Shown in pieces: positions 41,317 through 58,529 of a stretch of DNA of 64,000 bases (within the stretch, counting starts at the first letter, position 1; the number at the start of each line of letters is the position of its first letter). This stretch comes from the human T2T-CHM13v2.0 reference genome, Homo sapiens. The notes beneath the pieces were generated by a model, which made no database searches, had not been told where the DNA came from, and worked only from the letters and a program-made list of their open reading frames with translations. Position numbers and translations under genes: made by a program. The stretch lies in NCBI RefSeq assembly GCF_009914755.1, contig NC_060932.1; one strand, 5' to 3'.

Positions 41317-42300
41317 GGGGGGTGAAGCCAAGATGGCCAAATAGGAACTGCTCCAGTCTACAGCTCCCAGTGTGAGCGATGCAGAAGACAGGTGATTTCT
41401 GCATTTCCAATTGAGGTACTGGGTTCATCTCACTGGGGAGTGTAGGAAAGTGGGTGCAGGACAGTGGGTGCAGTGCACCGTGCATGAGCTGAAGCAGGGT
41501 AAGGCATCACCTCACCCAGGAAGTGCAAGGGGTCAGGGAATTCCCTTTCCTAGTCAAAGAAAGGGGTGACAGACGGCACCTGGAAAATCAGGTCACTCCC
41601 ACCCTAATACTGTGCTTTTCCAATGGGCTTAACAAATGGCACACCAGGAGATTATATCCTGCACATGACTCGGAGGGTCCTATGCCCACAGAGCCTCGCT
41701 CATTGCTAGCACAGCAGTCTGAGATCAAACTGCAAGGTGGCAGTGAGGCTGGGGGAGCGGTGCCCACCATTGCCTAGGCTTGAGTAGGTAAACAGAGTGG
41801 CCTGGAAGCTCAAACTGGGTGGAGCCCACCACAGCTCGAGGAGGTCTGCCTGCCTCTGTAGGCTCCACCTCTGGGGGCAGGGCACAGAAAAACAAAAGAC
41901 AGCAATAACCTCTGCAGACTTAAATGTCCCTATCTGACAGCTTTGAAGAGAGTAGTGGTTCTCCCAGCATGCAGCTTGAGATCTGAGAACAGGCAGACTG
42001 CCTCCTCAAGTGCATCCCTGACCCCCGAGTAGCCTAACTGGGAGGCACCACCCAGTAGGGGTGGACTGACACCTCACATGGCCGGGTACTCCTCTGAGAC
42101 AAAACTTCCAGAGGAACGATCAGGCAGCAGCATTTGTGGTTCACCAATATCTGCTGTTCTGCAGCCACCGCTGCTGATACCCAGGAAAACAGGGTTTGGA
42201 GTGGACCTCCAGTAAACTCCAACAGACCTGCAGCTGAGGGTCCTGACTGTTAGAAGGAAAACTAACAAACAGGAAGGAAATCCACACCAAAAACCTATCC
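41317..42300 (+). promoter_or_regulatory. L1 5'UTR sense and antisense promoter, with YY1 site CAAGATGGCC (41329-41338) and the ~129-bp ZNF93-target segment (~42090-42218)
   Basis: Motifs seen in the sequence; functions come from the L1 literature; many CpGs have decayed. Confidence 0.75.
41588..41770 (-). pseudogene. ORF0: L1 ORF0 (antisense 5'UTR ORF), truncated to 60 aa
   Basis: MVGTAPPASLPPCSLISDCCASN...IRVGVT* matches primate L1 ORF0 (about 71 aa); premature TGA at a CGA codon. Confidence 0.85.
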
Positions 42301-42618
42301 AGCCAGAGAGAAAGGTCGAGTTATCTACAAAGGGAAGCCCATCAGACTGACAGCAGATCTCTCAGCAGAAATCTAGAAGCCAGAAGAGAGTGGGGGCCAA
42401 TATTCAACATTCTTAAAGAAAAGAATTTTCAACCCAGAATTTCATGTCCAGCCAAATTAAGTTTCATAAGTGAAGGAGAAATAAAATCCTTTCCAGACAA
42501 GCAAATGCTGAGAGATTTTGTCACCACCAGGCCTGCCCTACAAGAGCTCCTGAAGGAAGCACTAAACATGGAAAGGAACTACTGGTACCAGCCACTGCAA
42601 AAACATGACAAACTGTAA
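42301..42618 (+). pseudogene. L1 ORF1p C-terminal remnant
   Basis: gccagagagaaaggtcgagtt (AREKGRV) through ...aaacatgacaaactgTAA; the start and N-terminal ~200 codons are missing. Confidence 0.88.
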
Positions 42619-42681
42619 AGACCATTGATGCTAGGAAGAAACTGCATCAACTAACGAGCAAAATAGCCAGCTAACATCATA

Positions 42682-46494
<3,813 letters not shown>

Positions 46495-47279
46495 ACAATG
46501 AGAACACATGGACACAGGAAGGGGAACATCACACACCAGGGACTGTAGTGGGGTTGGGGGAGGGGGGAGGGATAGCATTGGGAGATATACCTAATGTTAA
46601 ATGACGAGATGATGGGTACAGCACACCAACATGGCACATGTATACATATGTAACAAACCTGCACATTGTGCACATGTACCCTAAAACTTAAAGTATAATA
46701 ATAATAAAAAAAGAAAGATTGTAATCTTTTCCTTTAAGATTATGAACAAGATAAAATGGTGAGAGGTGCCCCTGTCACCATTTCTATTCACCACAGTACT
46801 TGAAGTCCTAATCAGAGCATTAGACAAGAAAATGATATAAAAGACATTCAGTTGTTCTCTGTCTTTGCAGATTACATGATCATATATGTGGAAAACCCTG
46901 AAGATTAACATACATACACAGAAACCTCTTAGAACTATTAAATGAATTCAGCAAAGTTGCAGGATACAAAATCAGCACACCAAAATTATTTTGTTTTTTA
47001 TACACTGGCAATGAACAACTTTGAAAGGAAATTAAGAAAACAAATTCCATTTAAAATAGCATTGGGAATAATAAAATACATATTAATTAACTTAGCCATG
47101 GAGATGAAAGGCTTATACCTGAATATTACAAAATATTGCTGAAAACAAATAAATGGGAAATCATCCTATGTTTGTGGATTGGAAGACATATTACTGTTAA
47201 GATGTTGATACTACCTAGGGTAGTCTACAGATTCAGTGCAATCCATATCAAAACCCCAAAACATTTTTGCAGGAATAGA

Positions 47280-47864
47280 GACAACCTGTTGAGTTAGAGA
47301 AAATATTTGCAAACTACTCATCCAACAAGGGACTAATATCCAGACTATACAAGGACTCAAACAACTCAACACTTAAAAAAACACAAAGAATCCCATTAAA
47401 AAGTTGGCAAAGGACATGAACAGACATTTCTCAAAAGAAAACATACAAATGACCAACAGGTATACAAAGCAGTGGTCATCATGACTAAGCATCAGGGAAG
47501 TGTAAACCAATACCACAGTGAGATACCATCTTACCCTAGTTAGAATGGCTATTACTAAAAAGACAAGCAACAGATGCTGGGAATGATGCAGAGAAAAGGA
47601 AACTCTTACACACTGTTGGTTTGAATGTAAATTAGCACAGCCATTATGAAAAACTGTATGGAGATTTTTTTCAAAAATCTAAAAATGGAATTACCATATG
47701 ATCCAACAATCCCACTACCAAATATTTATCCAAAGGAAAAGAAATCAGTATGTCAAAGACATACCTGCACTTGGACGTTTATTGCAGCACTATTCATAAC
47801 AGCAAAGGTATGGGGTCAACCTAAATGTCCATCATTGAATGGATGGATAAAGAAAATTTGGTAT

Positions 47865-47917
<53 letters not shown>

Positions 47918-47995
47918 GGAATACTATCTAGCCACAGAAAAGAATGAAATTATGTCATTTGCAGCAACATGGATGAATTAATAAAGTGAAAAGAC
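47280..47995 (+). mobile_element. Internal fragment of a separate L1 (L1MA/PB-like ORF2 end) lacking a 3'UTR
   Basis: Covers acaacctg...gcagcaacatggatgaa, which the host repeats in its own version at ~48570-49245; the host resumes at ~48000. Confidence 0.75.
47867..47914. repeat. (CA)n microsatellite, ~24 units
   Basis: Read directly from the sequence. Confidence 0.97.
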
Positions 47996-49519
47996 AAAAA
48001 AGGAAAGAAAAACCTATCCTAAAATTTATATGGAATCTTATAGGATCTGAATAATCAAAATAATCTTGAAAAGGAAGAAGAAAGTATGAGTTATCCCACT
48101 TTCTGCTATCAAAACTTATTTACAAAGCTCTAGTATTCAAAACAGAGTGGCATAAAGATAGATAAATAAACCAAGAGGGTAGAAGAGAGGGACCAGAAAT
48201 AATCTCTCATATATGTTATCAAGGGTGCCAAGAGCATTCAATCGGGTAAACGACAGTGTTTTTCAACAAATGGTCGTAGTGGTGGGGGTACTGGATATCC
48301 ACGTACAAAAGAATAAAATTTGATTCTTGCCTTATACCATATGCAAAAATTAAATAAAAATGGATCCAAGTTCTAAATGTAAGACCTAGAACTAAAAATC
48401 TTTTAAAAGAAAACAGGAGAAAAGCATTATGACATTGGATTTGGCAATGATTTCTTGAATAGGACACCCAAAGCACAGACAACAAAAGAAAAAAAATAGA
48501 TAAAAAAACTACATCAAAATTAAAAACTGTGCATCAAAGGAACATTCAACAGGGTGCAAAGGTGCAAAAGCAACACACAGAATGGGTGAAAATATTTGCA
48601 AATCACATATCCGATTGGGGTTAATATCCAGAATATATAAAATAAGTCCTATAACTCAACAGCAAAAAACAACCCAATTCAAAAATGGGCAAAATACTTG
48701 AATAGATATTTCTTTAAAGAAGATATTCATGTCCAGCAAGCACATGAAAAGATGTTCAACATGACTAACATTAGGGAAATGCAAATCAAAACCGCAATGA
48801 GACAGCACCTCACACTCATTAGGTTGGCTGTTATTCAAAACAAACAAGCAAAACAAACAAAACTGAGCAGAAAATAAAAAGTGTTGGCTAGCATGTGGAG
48901 AAATTAGAACCCTTGTTCACTGTTGGTGGGAGTGTAAAATGGTACAGCTGCTATGGAAAACAGTATGGTGGTTCCTCAAAAAATGAGAAAATGATTACTA
49001 TGTGATTCAGCAAGTCCACTTCTGGGTATATACCCCAAAGAATTGAAAGTAGGGTCTCGAGGAGATAGTTGAACACCTATGTTCATATTAACATTATTGA
49101 CAATAGCTAAAAGGTGAAAGCAACCTAAATGTCCATTGATGGATGAATGGATAAACAAAATGTGGCATATGCCTATGATGGAATATTATTCAGCCTTAGA
49201 AAGGAAGGAAATTCTGACACATGCTACAAATATGGGTGAACCTTAAGGACAGTATGCCAGGTGAAATTGGCCAGTCAGAAACAGAAATACTGTATGACTC
49301 TACTTATATGAGGTACCCAGAGTACTGAAATATAGAGACAGAAAGTAGAATGGTGGTTTCCAGGGGCTGGAGGGAAGGGGAATGGGCAGTTAGTGTTTAA
49401 TGAGTACAGAGTTTCAGTTTTGCAAGATGATGAGTTCTGAAGATGGATGGTAGTGCTGGTTGCACAATATTAATGTACTCAGTACCACTTAACTGTACAC
49501 TTAAAAATGATTAAGGTGG

Positions 49520-49884
49520 TGATATGGTTTGACTGTGTCCCCACCCAAAGCTCATCTTAAACTGTAGCTCCCATAATTCCCACATGTCATAGGAGGGACC
49601 TGGTGGAAGGTAATTGAATCATGGGGTTGGGTCTTTTCCATGCTGTTCTCATGATTGTGAATAAGTCTCATGAAATCTAATGGTTTTATAAAAGGGAGTT
49701 CCCCTGCACACACTCTCTTGCCTGCTGCCATGTAAGACATGACTTGACTCCTCCTTTGGTTTCCGGCATGATTGTGAGGCCTTCTCAGCCATGTGGAACT
49801 ATGAATCCACTAAACCTCTTTTTCTTTATAAATTACCCAGTCTTGGGTATGCCTTTATTAGCAGCGTGAAAATGGAATAATACA
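49520..49884 (+). mobile_element. THE1 solo LTR in the host L1 3'UTR
   Basis: TGATATGG...TAATACA termini; exact 5-bp TSD GGTGG (49515-49519 and 49885-49889). Confidence 0.95.
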
Positions 49885-51299
49885 GGTGGTAAATTTCATG
49901 TTATGTGCATTTTACCACAATTAAAAATAATAAAAAGATGATCATGGGCTTCTAGTTCAATTATTCCATTTCTTCTCCAAATTATAATCTTACCAAAGGA
50001 AAAAAAAACAAATGAGATTTAAACTGCCAAGAACAAGGGCAAGGTGAGGGTCTTTGGGCCTTATAATTGATGAATATCTTGCCAAAGTAACATTACTTAG
50101 AGTTTCAAATTGCTGAACGATGACCAATAAATTTGAGAGGAGGAGGGGGATGAAAGAGCACAGTGTCAGGGAGCTAGTTCTTCTATGTTTTATGGAAGGA
50201 TGTTAATAGATTTTCCTTCAAATTAATAAAATTAGGACAAGTAGTATATATTTTAATTGAGATAACTGTAGAAGAACTAAAACGTATTTGATCAAAAGTG
50301 ATAATTTCAGCAAGCTAACCTGGGATAGTAGAAATAGATTAGGAAGGCCTAAATTTTCATATTGTACTCTTTATTATCATTTAAAGCATTTTTTATGCAC
50401 ATACATTGCTTTAGTTTTAATAATTCTAAAATTCTCACATAATATAGCAGAGTATAATGAGAAATATAATAAACACCTTTTTTCTTAATAGCTAGATTTT
50501 TCAAATCATAACATTTTACCATCTGTGCTTCAGATATTTGCTAAGAAACAATATATTACAGATACATTTGAAGTTTCTACCTAATAATTCCTCTCCTTCC
50601 CCAGGGGAGGTTGGTGTTTTTTATATTATATTTATGATACACACACATTTTAAATCAATATATGTATCATATATAATACAAATGGTAAAGCACTAAATAT
50701 TTTTTCCATATTTTAAAATTTATGTAAATAGCATTATACTTTCTATATTCTGCAATTTTCTTTTATTGCTCAGTGTTCTGTTTGAGAGGAGTGGTTTTGA
50801 GGCCTTGAAGTAAAAATTATGATTTATTGCTTTTGTTATTTATTTATGGGGATAAATAATTATGTGATAATATAATCCATAAGTATTACTGCTATGTAAC
50901 TTGTATAGATAACATTTTATAATCAAAGACATTTACAAACTTTGTATCAAAATGATAATTGGAGTCCTGTTTAGAGAACAAACTAAAAAACTTTGGCAGA
51001 AAGGAGAAGCCTGTTTTTTGAGAAATGATTTTGTTTTTGCTTTAAATTGGATAAGTTTTTCTGGACCATAGCTAATGTCAATTTTCATAATAATATACTG
51101 GTTGCATAATCCATTTGCCAGTTTGTCTTGGCTGAAGAAGTTACTGAAGGTGAATAAAATTGTAAGTTTTTCTCTCCTTGGGAACAGTTTCTGAGTTATT
51201 GAGAGAAAAGGAGCCCAAGTACCTTAGTGAATGGATCCCGGTGACCCCACACAAAGTTGTAGGAGCTGAGCTTTCATTAGAAATAGTGTTTGTCCCAGA

Positions 51300-51470
51300 A
51301 TATTCTATGCGCCATTTTATTTAGTTTCTTCTACAGTCCTCAGAAATAGACATTATTTTCTCATTATTCAAATGAGGTAATTAGAGCACAGAGGTTTGCA
51401 AATCACCCAAGGTCACCCAGGTACATGGTAGAATTGGGACTTAAAGCCAGTTCTTTTTTCCTCCACTGTT
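51300..51470 (-). mobile_element. MIR SINE
   Basis: caaatgaggtaattagagcacagagg...cccaaggtcacccagg. Confidence 0.7.
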
Positions 51471-52289
51471 CTTTCTATTCCTGCCAATGCAGATAAACCT
51501 CTGAAAAAATGTAAAAGTCTGACTTGGGAAAAGGAATTTAGTTTATTTTACTTTCCAATTTCTCAGTCTGATTTTCACAAATAGAGTTTTTTGTTGTTGC
51601 TTGTGAATAGGTTTCTATATATTTTTATTGGCCCTAGCTATGTGACTCTTCTCAAAGCCTAAAAACCTGAATGTATTTTCAAACTGATAATGGTCACTTC
51701 TACCCAACATTATGAGCTTTGTCAATACGTTTTCCTCATCTTCTGTCATACATATGCATGCTTATTTTATTTTTTACATATTTATTTCTTATTTTCTCCC
51801 CCCAAATTCACCTCCCTCATTGTCCAAATTCAATACAGCTATGGTATTGGCAATATCTACTTTGCCTTCTTATGATGTGGTCATTTGTATCAAATGAGAA
51901 AACAAATGTTGTTTCAAAGTATGATGAGCTATACAAATGAAAGAGATCTAGAAACTGTATTTCAGTCTGAAGTTTAATGTTACTCTCTCTTATGCCAGGA
52001 TAGGATTACCAGTGATGTCAGTGAACAGAAAAAGAGATACATTTTCCCACAGTTTTGTTCTTTGAAAAACTATGTTTTGTTCTCCGTAAATAAAGGGGAA
52101 AGAATGATTTTATAGATAATGCTTTCATTTGCATGTAAGACAGCAAAATTCAACGGACCAATTACAATCATGCATTTTTATTTTGGCAAACTTTTTTCTT
52201 GCCATTTAAAATTCGTAAATTTTATTGTATATAACCCAGTAAAGTTGATTTTAGAAATCTCTAAAAGTTAAAAAAAAACCCAAAGAATG

Positions 52290-52670
52290 TCACTATTTGC
52301 AACCACTTAAGATCTAAGTATTAAGCATCTGTGGCTGCTAACATCACAAAAAGAGAGACAACTAGACACTATGTGCCTTTTGCTGAAAGATCGTACCACT
52401 ACCTAGGGTCATACCCAAAACAGATACTTGCCTCTGATCAATCATCTGGATCCAACAACGAATTTACAAGTTACATAGCAGCCAGAAGATACATGGAACT
52501 ACTCTATGGGAATTCAATCAGCCAAACCCATATCGTGAGAACATTTATAGAAAAACAACCTTCATCAAGTAAATTTTAAGGATAAAATAGAAGAGATAGA
52601 GGGCAAGATAGAAGAGATAGAGGGAAAACTTGCACATTCAAAGAGATTTAGGTATCTATCACATTGAAGA
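52290..52670 (+). mobile_element. L1ME-like 3' fragment
   Basis: ggctgctaacatcacaaaaagagagacaactagac...ctggatccaac resembles the recalled L1ME 3'UTR. Confidence 0.5.
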
Positions 52671-53473
52671 GATTATAATTCCTCATCTTGTTGATGTTCA
52701 TGCCTTTTGCTGTCTAATGTTACAGTACCCCTCCACCATAGGAGGGGTTACCTGTTCTACCCCTTGACACTGGGCTCAGACACTCTCAGCATTTCCTATT
52801 ATTAACATCTTATATTAGTATATGGTAGATTTTTGTGATTAGCCAAATATTTATATATTATTATTAACTAAAGTTCATAATTCACTCAGATTTCCTTAGT
52901 TTTTACCTAATGTCCCCCCTTTTTTTGTCCCAGAATTCCATCCAGGAAACCACGTTACATGTATTCATCATTTTCTTGGACTCTTCTTGGCTGTGGCACT
53001 TTCTCAGACTTTCCTTGTTTTTGATAACCTTGATAGTTTTGAGGAGTACTGGTCAGGTATTTTGTAGAACGTTTCTTAATTGGGATTTGTTTGACATTTT
53101 TCTCATTAAAGTCAGTATAAGGATTTTTGGGAAGAAGGCCTCATACTATCAACATGACATCACTGTTGATGTTGATCTTGCTCCCCTGACTGAGGTGATG
53201 TGGGTCAGGTTTCTCCACTCATAAGTTACTCCCCCTCTGCTTTTCCTACTGTACTCTTTAGAAAGAAATCACTATGCAAGGCTAACATTTAAGGAGTAGG
53301 GAGTTATGCTCCCTCTGCTTGAAGGCAGAATGTCTATATAAATTCTGCATGGGAGATTTGTCTGTTTTTCCCCATTAATTTATTCAATCATTGATTTATA
53401 TTAGTATGGACTCATAGATATACTTTGGATTATAATTCAACACTGATTTATTTTGTTGTTCAAACTCTTCCAT

Positions 53474-55404
53474 CTGATGATAGTTTATTTTGCTGTGCAG
53501 AAGCTCTTTAGTTTAATTAGATCCCATTTGTCAGTTTTTGCTTCTGTTGCGTTTGCTTTTGGCATTTTCATCATGAAATCTTTGCCCATGCTTATGTCCT
53601 GAATGTTATTACTTAGATTTTCTTCTAGAGTTTTACATTTAAATTTTGAGTTTTACGTTGAAGGCTTTAATCCACCTTGAGCTGATTTTTATAAATGGTT
53701 TAAGGAAGGGATACAGTTTCAATTTTCTGCATATGGCTACTCATTTCTCCCAGTACCAATTATTAAATAGGGAATTCTTTCCCCATTGCTTATTTTTGTC
53801 AGGGGTTGTCAAGATCAGATGGTTGTAGGTGTGTGGTCTTATTTCTGAGATCTCTGTTCTGATCCATTGGTCTATTTGTCTATTCTTGTACCAGTACCAT
53901 GCTGTTTTGGTTACTGTAGCTTTGTAGTATAGCTTGAAGTTGGGTATTGATGGGTATTGAAGCTGGGTATGATGCCTCCAGCTTTGTTCTTTTGCTTAGG
54001 ATTGTCTTGGCTATTCGGGCTCTTTTTTGGTTCTGTATGAATTTTAAAATAGTTTTCTTCTAATTCTGTGAAGAATGCCAATGGTAGTTTCATGGAAATA
54101 GCATTGAATGTATAAATTACTTTGGGCAGTATGGCTGTTTTCACAATATTTGTTCTTTCTATCCATGAGCATGGAATGTGTTTTCCATTCATTTGTGTCC
54201 TCTCTGATTTCTTTAAGCAGTGGCATGTAGTTCTCCTTGAAGAGGTCCTTTGCTTCCCTGGTTAGCTGTATTCCTAGGTAAACACAATTTGAATTGATAA
54301 GAGGGATATCACACTGACTCCACAGAAATACAAACTACCATCAGAGAATACTATAAGTACCTCTATGTATATAAACTAGAAAATCTAGAAGAAATGGATG
54401 AATTCCTGGACACATTCACCCTCCCAAGACTGAACAAGGAAGAAATTGAATTGCTGAATAGACCAATAACAAGTTCTAAAATTGAGGCAGCACTACCTAG
54501 TCTACCAACCAATAAAAGCCCAGGATCAGATGGATTCACAGCTGAATTCTACTAGAGGTACAAAGAAGATGAGGTACCATTTCTACTGAAACTATTCCAA
54601 AAAATTGAAAGGAAGGGAACCCTCCATAACTCATTCCATGAGGCTAGCATCATTCTAATACCAAACCTGGCAGAGATACAACAATAACAGCAACAACAAC
54701 AAAACCTTCAAGCCAATATCCTTGATGAACATTGATGCAAATATCCTCAATTAAAAATTGGCAAACCAAATCCAGCAGCATATCAAAAAGTTGTTCATCA
54801 CAGTCAAGTTGGCTTCACCCCTGGGATGCAAGGTTGGTTCAACATATGCAAATCAATAAATGTTATTCATCACACAAACAGAACTAAAGGCAAAACCCAC
54901 ATGTTTTTCTCAATAGATGCAGAAAAGGCCTTTGATAAAACTTAACATCCCTTTATGTTAAAAACTCTCAATAAACTAGGTGTTGAGGAAACATACTTCA
55001 AAATAGTAACAGCCATATATGACAAACCCACAGCCAATATCATACCGAATAAGCAAAAGCTGGAAGCATTTTCCTTGGAAACTGGCACAAGACAAGGATG
55101 CCCTCTCTCACCATTTCTATTCAACATGGTATTGGAAGTTCTGGCCAGGACAAGCAGGCAAGAGAAAGAAATAAAGGGTATTCAAATAGGAACTGTCTCT
55201 GTTTGCAGATGACATAATCCTATATCTAGAAAATCCCATTGTTTCAGCCCCAAAGCTTCTAAAGCTGATTAGCAACTTCAGCAAAGTCACAGAACACAAT
55301 GTCAATGTGCAAAAATCACTAGCATTCCTATACACCAACAATAGGCAAGCAGAGAGCCAAATCCTAAAAGAACTTCCTTTCACAATTGCTACAAAATCAA
55401 TAAA
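53474..55404 (-). mobile_element. Inverted (twin-primed) L1PA-type insertion: minus segment 53474-54280 and plus segment 54281-55404
   Basis: The two segments are adjacent ORF2 intervals in opposite orientation, meeting at ...aataaa|tacctaggaatac in L1 coordinates. Confidence 0.88.
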
Positions 55405-55944
55405 CTTACCAATTTTTTTCTCTCATAGATTTTGCTTTTGGTGTTGTGTTAAAAACTTATCAAACTCAAGGTCTTGTAGATTTTCTCCTGTTTCCTTATA
55501 GAAATTTCACAGTTTTACACTTTACACTTAGGTCTACACTCTAGATAATTTTTGTAAAAGGTATAAGACTTGTATCTGGATTAATTTTTTCACATATGGA
55601 CATTATTTTTTCAGCATTATTTTATAAAAAAAACTTTTCTTTCTTTATTGAATTTTTTTGACATAACTCAGTTGACTTTATTTGTGTGTGTCTTTTTCTG
55701 GGGTCTCCGTTCTATTCAATTCATCTATATATCTATTCTTTTGCCAATACGATCCTGCCTTGATTATGGTAGCTTTGTAGTAAGTCCTGAAATTCAGTAG
55801 TATGTCATCTAACTTGTTACATTTCTCCAGTATTATGTTGGCTATTGTAGACCTTTTGCCCTTCCATATAGACTTCAGGATTAGCTTGCTGATATCTACA
55901 AAATAGATTCCTAGGAATTTGATTGGATTCCCTTGGCTCTATAG

Positions 55945-56275
<331 letters not shown>

Positions 56276-58175
56276 CAAAATTGACATCTTGACAGTATTG
56301 GATATTCCAATCCATGAACATAATTTTTTTTATCAATTTATATATTTTTTATATTTTCTTTTTTCATCAGAGCTTTGTAGTTTTCTACTTATACATATTT
56401 TGTTAGATTTATCCCTGAATATTTCTTTTCTTTTTTTTCCTCTCTAGTTTTGGTGCAGTGGCAAGTGGTATTGTTTTAAAATTTCAAATTCCAATTGTTC
56501 ATTGATGGTACGTAGGAAAGCAATTTACTTTTAAATACTGACCATGTATCCTGGATCCATTTATTTCCAAATATATTTAGATTTCTCTTTAGATTTCTTT
56601 CATGACTCATGGCTTATTCTAAAGTATGCTGTTTAATTCTCAAATATCTAGGGATTTTCCAGCTATTTTTCTGTTATTGATTTCTAGCTTAATTCCATTG
56701 TGGTCTAAAAACATACTTTGTATGATTTTTATTCTTTTACCTATGTTAATATGTGTTTTATGGCTCATGATGTAGTCTGTCTTGGTGAATGTTCTGAGTT
56801 TTAGAAGATTATGCATTTTGCTGTTATTGGATGGAATATTCTATAAATATCAATTAGATCAAGTTGATTGATAATGATTGATAATTCAGATAATCTATGG
56901 TCTTATTGATTTTCTCTCTACTTTTCCTACTAATTACTGAATAGAAGTGTTGAAGTCTCTAACTATAATGGAGTATTTGTCTAATTATCCTTTCAGTTCT
57001 TTCAGTTTTTGCCTCACATGTTTTGATGCTCTGTTGTTAGGTGAATATATCTTCACAAAGATATTGGAGAACTGACTCCTTTTTACTCCTGCTTATTTTA
57101 TTTGTTTTGAAATTTGCTTTGTCTGACCTTAATATAGCTGCCCCAGCTTTCTATTGATATATGTCAGCATTGTATATTCTTCTTCATCCCTTTACTTTTA
57201 ATCTGAGTCTTTTAAAATTTAAAGTGGACTGCTTATAGACAACATAGATTGTATCTTAATTTCTTATCAACTCTGAAAATCTCTTTTATTTGGTGTATTT
57301 AGACCAGTTTGTTACACTTAAAGTGATGGTTATTTATATATTTAGACTTACAGGTACCATGCTTATAAATGTTTTCTATCTGTTGCATTTATTCTTTGTT
57401 TCTTCTTTCCCCTCTTTTTCTGCCTTCTGTGTTTTTAACTGGGCATTTTATATGATTCCATTTTATCCCTTCTCTTAGCATATCAATTATACTTTTAAAG
57501 AGTTCGAGATTGCTCTAGAGTTTACAATATATGTTTTAACTAATATAAGTCTAACTTCACATAACAGTATGCCACTTCATGTAGACTATAGTTGCTTTAT
57601 AATAGAATATTATTCCCCATTCTTCCCTCCTGCCCATTTCACTGATCTATATGCTGAAATTACTTATTATATTGCTATCATTAAACAGTCATCTATTAGT
57701 CCACTTAAGTATAAGAAAAATAAAATATTTTGTTTTACCTTAATTTATTCTCTCATTTCTCTCTCTTTCCTTGTAGATCCATGTTTCTGAACCACATGAT
57801 TCTCCTTCTGCCTGAAGAACTTCTTTAAACTTTTCTTACTGTGTCTGCAGGTGATGAATTACCTCAGTTTTTGTTTGTCTTATAAAGTGTTTATTTCTCT
57901 CCTAATTTTGAAGGGTCATTTTGCTAGATATACAATTCTAAGTTGGTGGATTCTTTTTCTTTCAACACTTTAAATATTCACTCCATTCTTTTCATTCAAT
58001 TCTTTTTTTGCTTGCATGGTTTCTGAGAAGTCCACTGTAATTCTTATTTTTGTTCCTCTACAGGTAATATGTTTTTTCCTCTGGTTACTTTTAAGGTTTT
58101 CTCTGTTTTTGGTTTTCTGAAGTTTGAATATGATAGGTGCAGGGGTGGTTTTTTGAAGGTGGGGGTGAGGGTTGC

Positions 58176-58529
58176 TATATTAGTCCATTTTCACGCTGCT
58201 GATAAGACATACCTGAGACTGGGCATTTTACAAAAGAAAGAGGCTCAAATGGACTTCCAGTTTCACATGGCTGGGGAAGCCTCACAATCAAGTGAAAGGC
58301 CAGGAGGAGCAAGTCACGTCTTACATGGATGGCAGCAGGCAAAGAGAGAGCTTATGCAGGAAAACTCCCCCTTATAATAACCATCATATCTTGTGAGACT
58401 TACTCACTATCATGAGAACAGCATGGGAAAGACCTGCCTCCATGATTCAATTACCTACTACCAGGTCCCTCTCAGAGCATGTGGGAATTCAAGATGAAAT
58501 TTGGGTGGGGACACAGCCAAACCATATCA
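58176..58529 (-). mobile_element. THE1 solo LTR
   Basis: tatattagtcc...ccaaaccatatca termini; TSD gtt(g/a)c. Confidence 0.93.

Noticed and set aside
46549-46572. G-quadruplex-forming G-tract
   Set aside because: Standard feature of the L1PA 3'UTR.
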